A DNA stretch of 64,000 nt from Laetmonice hystrix. Lineage: Eukaryota. The DNA lies in NCBI GenBank assembly GCA_965235115.1, contig OZ249436.1, positions 46,998,001 to 47,062,000 of the forward strand, in the 5' to 3' direction. Made by a program: the position numbers and the translations under genes. The notes under the pieces were generated by a model, which worked only from the letters and a program-made list of their open reading frames with translations, ran no database searches and had not been told where the DNA came from. Below are positions 1 through 14,815 of this stretch, piece by piece. Each line of letters starts with the position of its first letter. Position 1 is the stretch's first letter.

Positions 1-73
1 ATTGGAGTATTAGCAAGTATAGAAGTCCGTGCGCAAGTAGAAGTTACGAAGGTTGTATGTCTTTCTCCTCCAG

Positions 74-3000
74 GATCTACTGGACAGATATCTCTGAGGA
101 GGAAGTCTTCTCCTGTGACCTTGAAGGTGAAAACTGTTACAGCGCTCAGAGTGCTCTCGGGCCCAATCTCTACGGTGTCACCCTCTATCAGGTGAGTAAG
201 GAACTAGGCTGGAAACTGTGCGCGCCGCCTAGTGGCATGAATGCGAGTTAAACCCTTACATTGGGAGCCCAGTGGGTCTATCCCTATCATGATAGGGATA
301 AACTCGCGAAAGGGAACTACTATCAATTATATTTATTCTTACATCGGCGTTGTCATGTGAGCCACAGTGCTATGAAGATAGATATTAAATCTATATCGAA
401 GGTTGTTCTTTTACCTGGCTACGAACGATGAGATAATTAAAGAACGATCTATAGGGTTTTAGGTTCCACAATCTTCTCTCCACTTTAGATTTTTGGTTTT
501 GATTTTTGAAATACACAGCTTATTGATAATAATAATATGACAGTAGACTCTAATTAGTGTCGTATTAATTAAGCTGTTATTTTTTCCGACCCAGAGCTTT
601 CTGACGTGGACAGAGAGTAACGTGATCCCACAGTTCGGAATCGCGAAAGGAAATCGAATCGTGGACGTCATGTCCAACATTGACCACAGTCTCTTACTAA
701 CCGCCTTCAATGTACGACCAGCCCAGACGTATGCTGTCGTTAGCTACAACCAGTACCTCCAACCCTCGCTCAGAGGTCGGTTCCCACGGTCTTCAACTTC
801 AGAGGCCATTCTTGGCGGTGGAGGAGGGGGCTGACCATTGGATGCGCCCGGAGGGGGGGGGGGGCTATGTTTTTTCTTCACAAGCAAACTTTTTTATCCC
901 ATGCCAAAACTACCGATTTTTTCACCATGAAAATTGATCTTTATTTCCAGTTTACACAAAACACACATTTTCGATTTTTTGGTTCGATGAACATTTATTT
1001 TTTGCTACAATGTCATGTGTGGTGAGGTAAACCTTTTTTTCTCCTCATTATTTGATATTTTTAAAAAAACATAGATTTCCGGCTATCGAATGGTCAGCAA
1101 ATTCTAAACAATTTCCAATCCTACCTCTCTCGGAAATAGAGCGGCCTATAATTGCGAAGTAACTAATAAACATGTTATATGCCAGGCTTTTTAAAATCTA
1201 AATTACCCAGGAGCGTCTATCTCAAGTGCCATACTATAATGCCGCAGTTATTTGTTGCTAAAAGACTTAAACTACTTCGCTTCGACCTCGTACTAATTAT
1301 TCAACTAACCGGAAATGAACTGTGTCTCATCCCCCAGGTCCCTGCGTTGATAACGGCGACTGTCAGCAGTTATGTTTCCCAACACCAGAGGGCCACACGT
1401 GTGGTTGCGCCATCGGTTACAAACTCAACCCGGACGGCAAAGCCTGCGATACCGGTAGGGGTCATAGTGTCTAGCAGGCAGACAGACTGACCAGGAGTCT
1501 GGGCCACCTACCAGATTTGAAAAATTAATAGACCCCCCCCCAAAGTTAATAGACCCCCCTAAAAAAATTAAAAGACTCTAAAAAAAAAACCTGCGGGCAG
1601 CGGGACAATATGGTTAAAAAGAGCCAAGTTGATTTTTATTTATATAAGACAAACCCATTGTGATCGACAACCCTAAACCTATACCTTCAGATAGCGCCAC
1701 TATTATGATTTGTCACATGCTGCGGTTTCTTATTTTCCAGGCGGCAATGTAGCTCGCAACTGGCCAGGTATTTTGTGAAGCCCTGTACAGTAGTAATGTG
1801 TTAATTGTGGTTGTTGTGGTTTGTGTGCACCCTGGATTTATTTACAACTGTGTTTATTGAAGGTTATGTATATTTAGGAGTAAGGTTTACCATTAATATA
1901 ATTTTGGTTGTGGATGAAGCCCTGAGCTAGAAAGAAAGAACAAACAACGCTTTTAGTAAAGTGATAGAGGATCGTGTTAGCCTGTAGGACAGTTATAGGC
2001 TTATATTGTCAGGGGTTTCTAGAGGGGTTCGCCTGGGGGGGTCGACGGAATTTGGGGAGTAGATTAGGGGCAGGGGTTTTAAGTAGACCCTAAAGCCAGA
2101 TTTTTTTTGGGTGTGAGAAACCTTTTTTTTTTTGGGGGGGGGGGGTCGTCTCCACACCCCCGCCTCCAGGAAACCCTGATTCTATAATATCAAGCTGTTG
2201 TATATCATGTCTAGTGATGTAGATCTATAATTTGGAATCCGAGTAGTAGACTATTATTATCGTATACAGATTTATTATGTAAACCTCCCGGCACCTAATA
2301 GTTGGATTTTGCATGAGGACCAAAACTGAGATAATTCACCTTTGACCCAGGGCCATACCTGAGATAAAGACAGGCAATTAACATCATGGGTTTGCATTTA
2401 TTGACGGCCTTTAATTGTTGCAACCAAAAACACCACCCAGAAAGTTATGCAAGCTTGTGTCTCGTACGCCAAGATGGGGTAGAGTCTATTGGTTAAGGGT
2501 GGTATTCCTTCCTTCTCGTATTGTTAAGAACAATGATAGTGATTTAATGACTTGAGACATGCCCCTACATCCGGTTGGCATTCTCACAATGAAAGCCAGT
2601 GGAACCAGAAATCTGAGACTATCTATCACCAAATCTGTAAAAAAAACCCTCAGGAACACGATGCCAAGCGTGGAAAGAGAATAGGCCTACTTAGCCCAAT
2701 TCTCACCCAAATTCATGTCAAAATTAATGCGACGTAATGCCCCTACATAGAATGTATCATGAGTTACACTGCATACAAGCCTTGCATAACTTTACCGTGG
2801 TCTCAGTACAGTTACCTTGGAGGTTGTTACCAGCGGGAGAGAGGTTGAGTTTGATTAGGCGTACAGGGGTTGTGGGCAGGTTTAAGGTATCACTACGCTA
2901 AATGAGTTACGATGTTTTCAAACTATAGAGCATCTACAACAAAAAACCGACAATTCAGACACACAGAAAGTACTATGTGTACACATAATTGAATGACACC

Positions 3001-6000
3001 ACCAATACCTGTATCGAAGCTACTGGACCTTTCTTTACCTCAAAATTGCTGAGTCATCATGTTAGTCTATTCTTGGCGACAAACAATTCCTTTCGCTGTT
3101 GTAGGACTTCTAAATTGTCCCTCATCGTTAATTCATTTAGCTTTTAGTGATACTTCAGTTTAAGGACTGAAGAAGCACACAGGAAGTTGGATTGACATGT
3201 AACACCATACGGGTTATCTAAACTTGGTCAGATCTGAGGGTAGAAACATTGGGAGGACTGTCTGTGAAGTGAAGTGGGTCGGTTCTTGGATCGTCTTGAG
3301 ACGGGCCCTTGGCATACAGCAGGGTGTCCCAGACAGCGAGATCCATTGATGAAAACAATTTAATCGTAATTTATACAAATCTAACATCTCATTCATGCTT
3401 AATTGCAGAAATTGCGTTATTTTATTTGTCTGATTAGTGCCTATTCTAAACGGACGTCACACCCTTTTCATCCCACATTTCTTACTTTTTACCATAGAAC
3501 CGATTTGCGGGCCTGTGGGTAAGATAGGACTATACTTTATGATTCCGTTTATGACCTACGAACTCTGACCTCTGACCTCTACCCCACAGCGATGTTGGAG
3601 TCAACGTTCGCCCTGTTTTTGGACCCCTACCACAAGGCTCTCTACCAACTGGAGAGCGTTGACCCCTGGTCAGTGCGGGCCGTGCCAGTCGCTCTTATGG
3701 ACTTCCCGGTCAGCTTCGACCTTGACCCCTTGACCGGCAAGGTGTATTGGATTGACCGAAAACAGAAGGTCATCAAAGGAAGTTACACAGACGGAAGCGA
3801 CGAGACGACAGTGTGGTCGTGGGACAGGCTTACCGGTATGACCTTGACCTGGTTTAGTTCACCGTTATGACGTCACAATTATCATAAATTGACGGTCACT
3901 CTAGCATGTTTTGAGGGCGTTGGTTTTTATACAGGATGGCTCATAATCCTGGATTCCTGGTGAAAAAAAAAGAAGAAATTTTACACCTGCCTTGATGTGC
4001 TGGCTATAGTAGATTAATCCTTTCAGAAATGGGATAATAGGATAACGTCTTTAAGAAAATAAACATTTAAAAAGTAAACTTTAAAAATAAATTTTACATA
4101 TTCTTTACCCGGTAAGAATTAGGTAGGCTTATTATAAGTACTCATCATATAATGTTATCATATAAGTTGCAGGAATAAATGAATGAATGAATGAATGAAT
4201 AAATGAATGAATCTGCTGGTTTTCTCTCAGACCGTGACCCGTCCCACCTGATATATAACCGAGATGACGAGTACCTATACTTCACTGACCAAGGCCTGGG
4301 TAGGGCAGGAATTTACCGGATCGGTAAGGGTGGTGGTGCATTGACTTCAGTCGTCAGGGGCCTGGTCAAACCGGCCGCACTCACCTCAGACTTCTCTAAC
4401 AAGTAAGATATATCTGGTTACATTTACTCTGCTTGGGTCCTGATGTCTGTTTGGGGCAGCGATTAATCGTATACAGAGACTATCGTTAACCGTTCAACCT
4501 CCCATTTCTTTAAGTTTTCATCATTTCCCGTCCCATTTCGTTTCATAATGCAAGTACTGATTTGTCCATTAATATCAATATCACACATAGAAATGGAAAC
4601 TTCGGTAGAAATTTGCCAGTGAGAAATAATGCGTTGTTGTGTAGTTAAAGTAATTCCTCGTGTACAGGTTATATTACGTGGACCCCGGTAATAAACCAAA
4701 CGAGGCTCGGGTCGGGATGGTTAGGACAGACGGCAGCGACCACGTCCAACTCGTCTCTAAGGGACTCGCTGAGCCGGTCGCTATCACGTACCTCGTCGAC
4801 GGTAAGTCACGGAGCTCGTACTACGGTGGCCCAAAAGTACACAATCTTCTACGCTGGCAGATTTCTCTTCTACCTCTTACCGTCTCGGCTCGGCTCGGCT
4901 CGGCTCGGGTCAGGTCAGGTGGCGTCGGTTTAGGCCTGTTTGATATGTTACTCTACTACATTTATGAAGTAACTATAATGATCTGTCTTTTCATCTCTTT
5001 CTTTCTCTCTTTCTCTATAAGCCTCGTTCTCAGTGAATCTTTAGGTAGAGTCGTTGTTTGGTGACAGATATATAGATAAAGGTCGATAATTGTTTTCAGA
5101 TAACCTGGTGCTGTGGGCAGACAGGAGCAGCGGCAGTGTACATTCTTACAATGTAACAACCGGCGTCCAAACTCTCGTATTCTCTGACCCCTCCAAGGAA
5201 ATTATTTCTCTGGCCGCCGACAACTTCAACATCTACTTCACCGCACACCACCACAAGTGAGATATATTTGATAAACTAATGACGTCACAAACTGAGCAAT
5301 AGCTATGTTCTAAGATACAGTCATAAGTGAACAAAATTCTAAGACGATGCTGTCACAAATGAGCTATTGTTTCAAGATAATGGCGTCACAAGTGAGCTAT
5401 TGACAAGATAATGGCGTCACAAGTGAACTACAAGATAATGGCGTCACAAGCGATCATATCCTATGCAGTTATTGTCACACGGTTAGATTTAGACTGCCGG
5501 TGTAACAGCAATCCAAGTCCCCCTGAAATGCAGGTCCGACGGACCTGCATTCCTAGGACTTGAAGTCCGTGATGTTGTATTATTTAAATATTTCTTCATA
5601 ATCCTATCCCTAAACCTAACCTTAACCCTAATGCGTTTGTATTTTCTTAATTTTATTGTCCATGAAGTTGATAACCTAGGACCTGCATAACCAGGGAATG
5701 CAGGTCCGGCGGACCTCCATTCCATCCCTTTACATTCCCTTCATACCTGCATAGCGTTAACGCTAAACCTGCCAGACGTCGCCCGAGACTAATGCCACTT
5801 GGTGTGTACTACTTACAGATCGGTTTTTGTTGCGGAATATGGCGTCCCCAACCCGACGATAAAAGAGATTACTTCGCCCATCTTTGCTCGGATCTTTGAT
5901 ATCAAGGCTTACCCTGACATCATACTGGTCCCACGTATGTATGAGACAACGACAAGTTAACTTTCATTCGTCGATCAAGTAGCGTCTACAATTCGTTTTT

Positions 6001-7175
6001 TGGAAATTGATGTGGGGAACTATATTCTGTGCGGAGGTACACAAGAGCTCGGGCCAACACGGCGTTCAAAGTACACAATGGGCCTTTAATAGCAGTTGTA
6101 GGCCTATATTGACTCGTCCATTGCTCGTTTCAATGCTACATGACTGTCACTAATGGTTGACCGATAATTTGACCGTTGACTTCGTGTTCCAGCCGTGGGA
6201 GCCGTGACGACCCCTGGGATCCCCATGTTGTTCCTGGGTGTCGGCATTGCAGCGGCCGTCCTCTTGGCGCTCCTCCTCATCATCCTCGCCCTCTGTCTCC
6301 TCAAGCGCCGGCGACATCCGAAAGGTGGCGCTGCGGGCGGCGCGGGTGGGCCTGACGACCCTACGTATGACGAGGTGGAGAGAGAATACATCGGGATGAA
6401 CAACCCGACCCTCACCGACACAAGGGGAGGACCCGGGCACGTCCCTAACGGTCACATGGTCGCCCCAGGACACGGCTACAGTCACGGCCACGCTCACAGC
6501 CGGAGTCAAGGCTACGGGCGGGAATCACTGGAGACTATTGACATTGAGTTGGGTAACGGTCACACACCCGCTCAGCCTGAAGTCCCGCCGCCCATGACCA
6601 ATGGTCACGGCCAGGGGCATGCGTATGGTAACGGTTACGCTCAGGCCGGCTCGCCCAGTCACGGTGGCGTGGACTCCATGAACCCCGGCGAGTCGGGCAC
6701 CCTGGCCATGGCAGCTGTCGCCGTGGCGTCTGGGGGAGGTCTCAAAAAGACCAAACATCATCGTAAATACACTCAGAAGAACCGAATGGATCCGAATGGG
6801 TTCGAACTGAGTGGAGGTAACGGGAAGGTGGCGACCGTGATTCAGAGACTGGCCAGCAGACTGAGGACCGGCATCTCCTCCATCCGCTGGACCGGCGATG
6901 ACGACGGCAAGTCGAGTCGACGCAGCAAGCGATCGTCGCGCCCCCCATCGGACAACGAACTCGACGTCGAGCCGCAGAATGATGATATCGATCCCGACAA
7001 GAGACGCTTCCAGAAAAGGCCGCCAATCGGACCCGCCAAACCACAACTCCACCGTCTGCCGCAAGGGTTTTCTCCCGCGTCCCGTGTCACACCCAGTGCC
7101 GTCAAGGCCACGTGGGGAAGGAACAAAAAGAAAATGATGGGCAAAAATCGACCAGACCAGGACCAGCAGAACTAA
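74..7175 (+). CDS. LRP/LDLR-family-like YWTD beta-propeller/EGF transmembrane receptor, paralogue 1 (5'-truncated by window edge)
   Basis: Frame-consistent GT-AG exons: 74-191, 595-775, 1338-1454 (EGF, GPCVDNGDCQQLCFPTPEGHTCGCAIGYKLNPDGKAC), 3590-3835, 4231-4402, 4668-4801, 5100-5256, 5819-5934, 6193-7175. YWTD-like motifs IYWTD, VYWID, LYFTD, LYYVD. The last exon encodes a hydrophobic TM followed by KRRR and a DPTY motif. Confidence 0.88.
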
Positions 7176-8577
7176 GGTCTGACGTCACCCGCAGCGTATA
7201 ACTTATTTATTGACATTGTAAGGCCTCTGTCTGCAAACACAGGCCGACGTTTGTCCTTGGGTTCCCACTGATCCATCAAATCGCATTAATAGTAGATTAA
7301 ACCATCAAAGAACAGCCGGGATAAATCAAGGTCGATGACGTAACGGATGACGTAGTTCCATGTTTCTAAATATCCTGTTCGATTCCTCCATGGATTAGAT
7401 GTGAATGGGTCAATTTGCGGGATGTAGCCAGACATAAGCCTAACTACATGTACGAAGTCTTCCCCTAGATCCTGTAGGAGCGTATGATCCGTCAGTGTCT
7501 CACGGAAACAGATAATCGGCACGGGTTGCCGAGCTTGTTGCTTGGTTACGATATCTACGTCCTACTGTTTACCAGTTGCTAGGTGTCCATGCCCAAACTC
7601 CGACGTGAAGGAAGCCACAGAATACAACCCAAAGCAAAATTTACATGTGACGTCAAATAGTGTCTGTGTGAGAAAAAAACGGAGTACTGTGACGTCAACA
7701 TACGTCATGAATCCCACGACGTCATATGGTCACGTGACCATAATATTATGCTGCTTGCTGCAGATATTTAGCATCTATAGAGCAGTAGCATCCTTTAGAT
7801 TAGATTGGACAATAGCACTTGTCAATCCACCCAGCCGGCCTGGAGGTAACAGTAGACTAGGACATAGTGTTTGTGACCTGCAGACGAGATCGACTTTAAG
7901 CCCAAGAGGAGCACACTCATACTACCGCTGTTCACATGACATACAATACGGTTGGCAAGGAAGCTTGGACTTATATAAGATGACATGCGCAGTCGGAGTT
8001 ATAAAACATACATAAAAAGAAAGAAAGAATATATAATTAAGAGAATATATAAGAGTTATTCCTGTATATATACAGTACTGAAGCGGACTAGATACAACTG
8101 TATTGTGTAAATGGATTATCAAGGACGAATAGCTGTCTTGCAAGGATGTCTAGAAAGGAAATCTCATTCATGTTGCTTCAGCCAACCCCTTATTGAGGAT
8201 AATATTCGTCACCATTTCTCCACGCCAGAGGTCGGCATAGAAGGGGCGGCTATGTTTGGTGCTGTTATGTGAGTTTGATTGATGGTTTACGCCATCTGAA
8301 GGAGTGTTTAATAAGTTTTGTTTATGTGTGTATATTAACCAAAACACACACGTGTGTACAAATTGTTCTCACAGACGTAAAGAGTGTTGGTGGCAATACC
8401 GGGGTGACTCCGGTGTTTGCTCAGGGAAGGGTACGTTCTAAAAGGGTGCGATCATGGGTTATGTTTGACTTTATATGGATATATTAAGGGGGGTTCACTC
8501 TCAACCCCTAAAGTGTAAGATAAATGTTATAAATTTAACGGACGATCATATATAGATGTTATACAGATGGTTAATAC

Positions 8578-8593
8578 TAGCGCCACCTAGCGG
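8578..8593. promoter_or_regulatory. CTCF-consensus-like site
   Basis: TAGCGCCACCTAGCGG closely matches the CTCF core (TAGCGCCMYCTRSTGG). Similar sites at 9502-9516 (opposite orientation) and 18804-18818. Confidence 0.4.
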
Positions 8594-11500
8594 GGGCCCG
8601 GGACCGTGACGTCATGTAGCTCCTGGTCATGTGACCGGAGTGGGAAGCGTTATTTGCAGTAACTCTCGCGTTGATTGGCCAGGTATCGCCGGGAGGAGCA
8701 AGCAGAGAGATGGAGATAGTATGGATACATTAGAAGATGTGACGAAGTGACTTTGCTCTGGAGGGTTGTAACGATCAGAGATCACTTCATGTTTGTGCTT
8801 CCAGAGGGGCCAAAGGCGAGGCACCGAAAGCGTAAACCTGGGAGGGGTTACATAATCATGTCTTACGTAATCATATATTACGTGTTTTTACAGTGTGAAG
8901 AAACCGTTGTAGGATTTTGAATTCCTATTGAATCCATGTAACCGAATGGCCGAGCTTGTGTAATAACGATAATAATTCACGGGTCGCCTTTGCGAAGTAT
9001 TACTGACACTAACACGCCCTCTAGTGTTTGTACTGACACTAACACGCCCTCTAGTGTTTTCTTTTACAGTTACTTCTAAAGGTTAATGTTTGTACAATGT
9101 CTTTCATTAATTCAATGATTTTTTTACATCGACTTCAATTTAGTAATACAACTTAATAGCATACGATCGAAGATGTATAGGCCCTACTGACAATCAAATC
9201 ATCAATTACAAAATCAGAATATCTATGTAAACTTTTACAGAACGCGCAAGACAAATAACAATTTCAACCCACATTTTGTAACATGGCTTAAATATACCTA
9301 AAATAGCACCACGCGCATCAGCAAGGAATAGCTGGAGAGTATGGAGTAAGCTTTGTCCTGCAGTATGTAGGGGTCCGTCAGCATGGATTACGGCCTCGTG
9401 TCGAAAATAGTTATCTATAAGTAGGTCTATATCATATTGTTTGTCTGAATGAATTCGACCTGTGGAAGGAGTACATGATTCAGTTTTGTAATATCTTATG
9501 TCGCCAGGTGGCAGTACAAGGCAATGCCAACTGTGAAAGGGCAAGATATGAGAGAGGAATACTCACTGTTTGCTGTATGTTACCATCGTGTCATGGTATC
9601 TTGGCGTGTATCCTTAATGAAATAAATGACACCTATTATCGCCCATTATCCGTCATCTTATGGCTGTGACGTTACGGTTATTCCGACAACATTCCGTAAC
9701 ATCTCATCAAGAGATACAGTTTTTGACCATAATTCTGACGTCATAGTTCAAACATAGAGAACTTGGAAAATTAAGTGAAGGTAATTATCATTTAATATTT
9801 TACATAACAAAGAAAATAAACTGTGTCACTGGTTTGGTAACATTCTAGTATATAGGCCTACCATCTGCTAGCTGTAGGTGTCAATCAACTGGCATAAGGT
9901 GTCAATCACTGGCATGAGGTGTCAATCACGCCCTGACCTGTCCCAACCCATGACAAGGTTCCTATTCACTACACGAGCCATCATAAACCCATACGCTATT
10001 GAACCCGTACATATTTACGGACCCATTTACGGTGGCTTATGATAAAACTAACTAACAAACGCAGTCTATCTCTACCCCCAGCCCAAAACCTAACCCTCAC
10101 CCCTATCCCATGTGGTAGACAACCTTTTTGTGCCATAAGACACCATCAACACAGCTTGCCAAGCCGTAGGAATACGCCGCCTTTGAAAATAGGGCGCCCT
10201 AGTGCAAGTATCTATCATGCGGAATAAGAGGGGTCTCTTTTTGAATTGTTGTCGTTCACTTCTTATGATAAGAGTTTACAAGAATTATTGCCGGGGTTTT
10301 CTCACGAAGCACCACTTCATGGCCACGCCAAGCTCTCACAGAACGCTGGGGTATGTGGCCTGAGGCGGATGTATGCCTACTCAGGTACGTCAAGGTGGGT
10401 GGGTATGTAATCGTCAGGGTAAAGTACGCTGATGGTTTACATAAATGTGTTCCATACCCCAAGGGTTGTGGGTTAAGGGTTATAGTTTACAGGGGGCAGA
10501 TAATAAGGAAGGGTGAAAACGCTGGAGTGAACGTTCACCCCGGACGCGGCTCGTCTGGTATCTGGGGTCAAGGGTGTTAAGGTAGAAAGGTCAGAGAGGA
10601 GAGAGAGGAGAGAGGGAGAGAGTTCTGTGAACTGGACAGGTATGCATTCAGTTCGGTCGTGTCAAGGTGACCGAGATCGATCAGTGGGGAGCCTTTGAAA
10701 CTTTTATCAGCCGCTCACAGACATGAACTTGGCCGTGGTAAAGGGGGTGAATAGAACTTTAGTGAAAACTTATTTTTGAAAAATGATCACAGGTGTCGAA
10801 AACTTTGTCATTATAATACTGATAACCTTAATATTTGTGGATAATTAATTTTGATTATCAGAGAGGTTGTTGTCATGGCGACACCTTTAGCTGTATCCAA
10901 ACTGTGGTCATGGAACGTTCCGGGTCACCTAGTTTCAGGTTAGGTAAAGACCTGACCTCTAGATGTGACATTGACCCTTCATATTACGCTTGATCTCGAC
11001 ACCACCTTCACCAATCCTAGCAGTCACCTCGCCACATCCAACGCGGGATGGCAACTTACAAAAAATAGTATACTACTCATCCTAAAATTGATAAAAATGA
11101 ATCTTCTTGTCTATGCCCTGAGGGGTCTAGGACATTTAGATCTATACTTTAATTACAAAGCACCAGTTGTATAATAGCTACCATACTTCTGTTACTGTTT
11201 ATGAACGGCGTGTTACACCAGTTATTCACCAGTGTGTTTCTGTTCTATTTAATTGAGGAAAATATATTTTCACTGAAAGATTTCCCCCCGCCCATTATAA
11301 ACACCGTTGCCTTTATCCCGCCACAATTTCTAGAGACTAGCCCACCATGTGTTTGTAAGAGGCCAAGAGGTATCATTGTCTGTGTGTACCAGACTATTTC
11401 GGATAGGATCGTAGAATGGTAGATTGAGTTATTTCTCACAAAACCATATCACCACACCGGCGTCTGAAACCGCATCCTGGCAGACGTCATCAAGTCCCGC

Positions 11501-11715
11501 GGCATCTCGTGAGATGTCTTGGCATTACGTTACGACCTGCCATCATAGCCTGATGGTCGCTTAAAGAACTCAATGAGATTGAATTGTTTGGTTTGGTTTA
11601 GATCCGGCACCTCAAGGGGAACGAACTCATTTGACCTCTATAGAGTTTCTCTCCGATCTGAAGCGGAGGTAGGCCTAAGCCTGGAGATCTGACGTATGAG
11701 GCCAATATGGACCTA

Positions 11716-11865
11716 CAGTGGCGGATCCAGAGGGGCATGGGTGTTGCAACCCCCTGTGGGCAACCATTATTTCTTTATCCTTTCTTAATTACCCCTAGTT
11801 AACCCTCCTGTTAGCCAGATTTCGCCCTTCAACCCTCACTTCCCAAAATCCTGAATCCACCCCTG
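11716..11865. mobile_element. Short CAGTGGCGGATCCAG...CTG(G/A)ATCC(G/A)CCCCTG-type repeat (hAT-like MITE family); related copies at ~41897-42045 and ~55372
   Basis: Similar termini in several places; no clear TSD. Confidence 0.4.
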
Positions 11866-13082
11866 ACATCTGCTCAGTCTTATTCTGACGCGTATATTGC
11901 CATGATTACAGTAGGCATAGGCAATTAGTGCGTTTTACGAAGCATTATAGTGGGGGGGGGGGTCAGTTTTAAAAATATGAACATCGTGAAATTTGAACAA
12001 GTAGAAAAGGGAGATGGTCTAACGAGGCTGCTCCCCCTTTTAGCCATTAAACACAAATCTGATACATTTTCCTTACTAGACCCCTGTGAGACCACCTTTT
12101 TAGGTGGAGCCCTTCGTCCCTTGACCCTCAGTCGATCAAACGTTACATGACAACCGGAAACGTCAGAAAGAAATGAGTCAATAGCTGTTGGTGCAAGTGG
12201 CCCCCGATATAAGCAATGGATCATATATAGTGTAAGTGTACGTGTAAGTGTATTTTATGATCCACCTGTGTAGGGACGTCCGGGTTAGAGATGGTGGGAT
12301 TCCGGATCCCATTGGTGTATTTGAGAATTACCTCTACTTCAGTGATTCTGAGAGAATTAGGAAACATATTTTCCTACTTTTAAAACGTATTGATCAATTA
12401 CAGTAAGCACAATTGTTCTATTATATAAATATTTTATTAAAATGTAAGTTTTCACATGAAAAAAAAAAGAAAAAATAGAATTCTTGCAGTTCAATGACAT
12501 GATACAAACCTGATTACAACCGTTGACTTGATTTCTATACGTGTAATCGTTGTTTATTTTACAAGGGATATACCATTCGCTACCCGGACGCCCTGACAAC
12601 CGTATATTTGTTATGTACACAGAGAAAGTGAACGAACCCCGGATGTAGAAACAGCGTGGGAATGTAGACCTGATCTGTTACATCGTCTTGCGTGGACCTG
12701 TCGTCAAGGTGCTAAGTGGGGTTGGGAGATGATGCGGGGTGCCCGACCATAGGGGTGGACTGGCCTGCAGGTACGCCGTGTGAAAACTACATGTACTGAG
12801 GGCGGCAAGACGTGTCATAACCTCACATGATTAATTGGACAGAGTTAGCCCATTTATTGTCATCATTTTATGTCTGATCTGTGTGATTTATACAAATATC
12901 CTGTTGGACACTAGTTTAATTCGTTTCCCTAAAAATTCGATGAGAATACATGCATGGTAAATCACACGTTCCACGTCATTGCAGATATAAAAACACATTT
13001 AAAGCTTTTCACAAGCGTGTGTTTTAGTCTTCCTCCTTAAAAAAATTAAATGGTTGAACGGACTAGACAGACATATTGTTAA

Positions 13083-13416
13083 AGGTGCTATTCGTGAAAA
13101 AAAATTCAATTTTTTTATTTTTAATTTTGTTGATGTTTATGTGATCCCACCTATCATGGAAATAGATTCACAACAAAGGAAATCAAAATTTTTCATGGAT
13201 AACGGCACAAATGGGGCTCTCTCAGAAGGCCTGTGGAGACCCTGACACGCCCCACCATAGGAAATGGTTCTATCTCCGTGCGCACCGAGATAGGTTTTAA
13301 ATGCTGCACACAAACTAATTTTATCAGGCCAATGGTATCGGTAGGAATTTTTTCTAGTATTATGTGCACAATGTATGATAGAAGAAATGCCATTCTGTGC
13401 GAGACGAATAGCACCT
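13083..13416. mobile_element. Non-autonomous DNA transposon (MITE) with TTAA TSD, Kolobok-like termini
   Basis: TTAA|AGGTGCTATTCGT ... ACGAATAGCACCT|TTAA; perfect 13-bp TIR. Confidence 0.7.
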
Positions 13417-13569
13417 TTAAGTGGGCGATGGTGAATTATTGCATGTAATTTGACGATGGTACTAGCAATAATTACCAATTTCAGATATTCGTTTCCACTA
13501 TAAACGTTTGTTATCCGAGCGAAGACCCTCCCACTGTTAAACAAATGTGCAGGCTGGTTCTCTTTATGT

Positions 13570-14238
13570 TACAATAATCACAAAAAGCCGGTAAGACATT
13601 CCCTTATACAGTGTAAGTAACAAAGGTTTGACGTATCTTACAATAATTACAAAAAGCCGGTTAGACATTCCCTTATACAGCGTGAGTAACACAGGTTTGA
13701 CGTATCTTACAATAATCACAAAAAGCCGGCTGGACATTCCCTTATACAGTGTGAGTAACACAGGTTTCACGTATCTTACAATAATTACAAAAAGCCGGTT
13801 AGACATTTCCTTATACAGTGTGAGTTACAAAGGTTTCACGTATCTTACAATAATCACAAAAAGCCGGCTGGACATTCCTTATAAATACAGTGTGAGTAAC
13901 ACAGGTTTCACGTATCTTACAATAATCACAAAAAGCCGGCTGGACATTCCCTTATACAGTGTGAGTAACAAAGGTTTCACGTATCTTACAATAATCACAA
14001 AAAAGCCGGTTAGACATCCCTTATACAGTGTGAGTAACAAAGGTTTCACGTATCTTACAATAATCACAAAGCCGGTTAGACATTCCCTTATACAGCGTGA
14101 ATAACAAATGTTTCACGTATCTTACAATAATCACAAAAGGCCGGCTGGACATTCCCTTATACAGCGTGAGTAACAAAGGTTTCACGTATCTTATAATAAT
14201 CACAAAAAGCCGGCTGGACATTCCCTTATACAGTGTGA
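13570..14238. repeat. 69-bp minisatellite, ~9-10 copies
   Basis: Unit AAAAAGCCGGTTAGACATTCCCTTATACAGTGTGAGTAACAAAGGTTTCACGTATCTTACAATAATCAC. Confidence 0.95.
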
Positions 14239-14815
14239 GGAAAGGGTTTCGGCTGGCTCTGCAGATGTTTAAGGGTCATACGGGTGACAATAATCTCGCT
14301 TTGTGTCTTTCCGAAAGTATGCTTCCTGGACAGTCTCCCAAACAGCCGCCTTCCCTAACCTTTCATCTTGTGTTGGGGAGTTTAATGTAGTGACAGCGGC
14401 ACTTGGCTCCCAACAGCTCAGAGTGAGACGTTAGTGGCTCAGTCTGTACCGTGTTCTACCTGAGCAGACAGCCAGGCTAACGTCTCCACCCAGCTGTCTA
14501 TATATTGACATAGTCAGAGATACTGTTAACTGTAAGATCTTTGCCAAATTCTCTTTTGGACCATTAACGTGCGTCCATCTTTAGCGAATTTAAAAATTTG
14601 ATATTTCCTATGTGCCTATTTCCCAAAGTAATATTGATTTTCGGGTGCTTAAACTTTTAACATTCAGTATTCTACGTATAGGCCTACTAGGACATATAAC
14701 GCCAGGTAAATTCGCTTTGTATGTATCCACTCATAGACAAAAAAGCACAATAGATAACTCATAAGTATAGATAAATTGGTAGATAAAAATATAGGTGTTT
14801 GTCTGTGTACATGTG

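Noticed and set aside
5505..5725. Hairpin-containing element with CCTAAACCTAACCTTAACCCTAA, considered as telomeric repeat or Helentron/HINE
   Set aside because: Too short and irregular for a telomeric array; probably a small repeat-family member whose ends I cannot define.
6104..7144. Several antisense ORFs over the last exon of receptor 1
   Set aside because: Shadow ORFs of a GC-rich coding exon, with no independent features.
13570..14238. Regular repeat arrays (also 21880, 24054, 26912, 33424, 49794) as CRISPR arrays
   Set aside because: Units are head-to-tail with no unique spacers, there are no cas genes, and the context is spliceosomal eukaryotic DNA.
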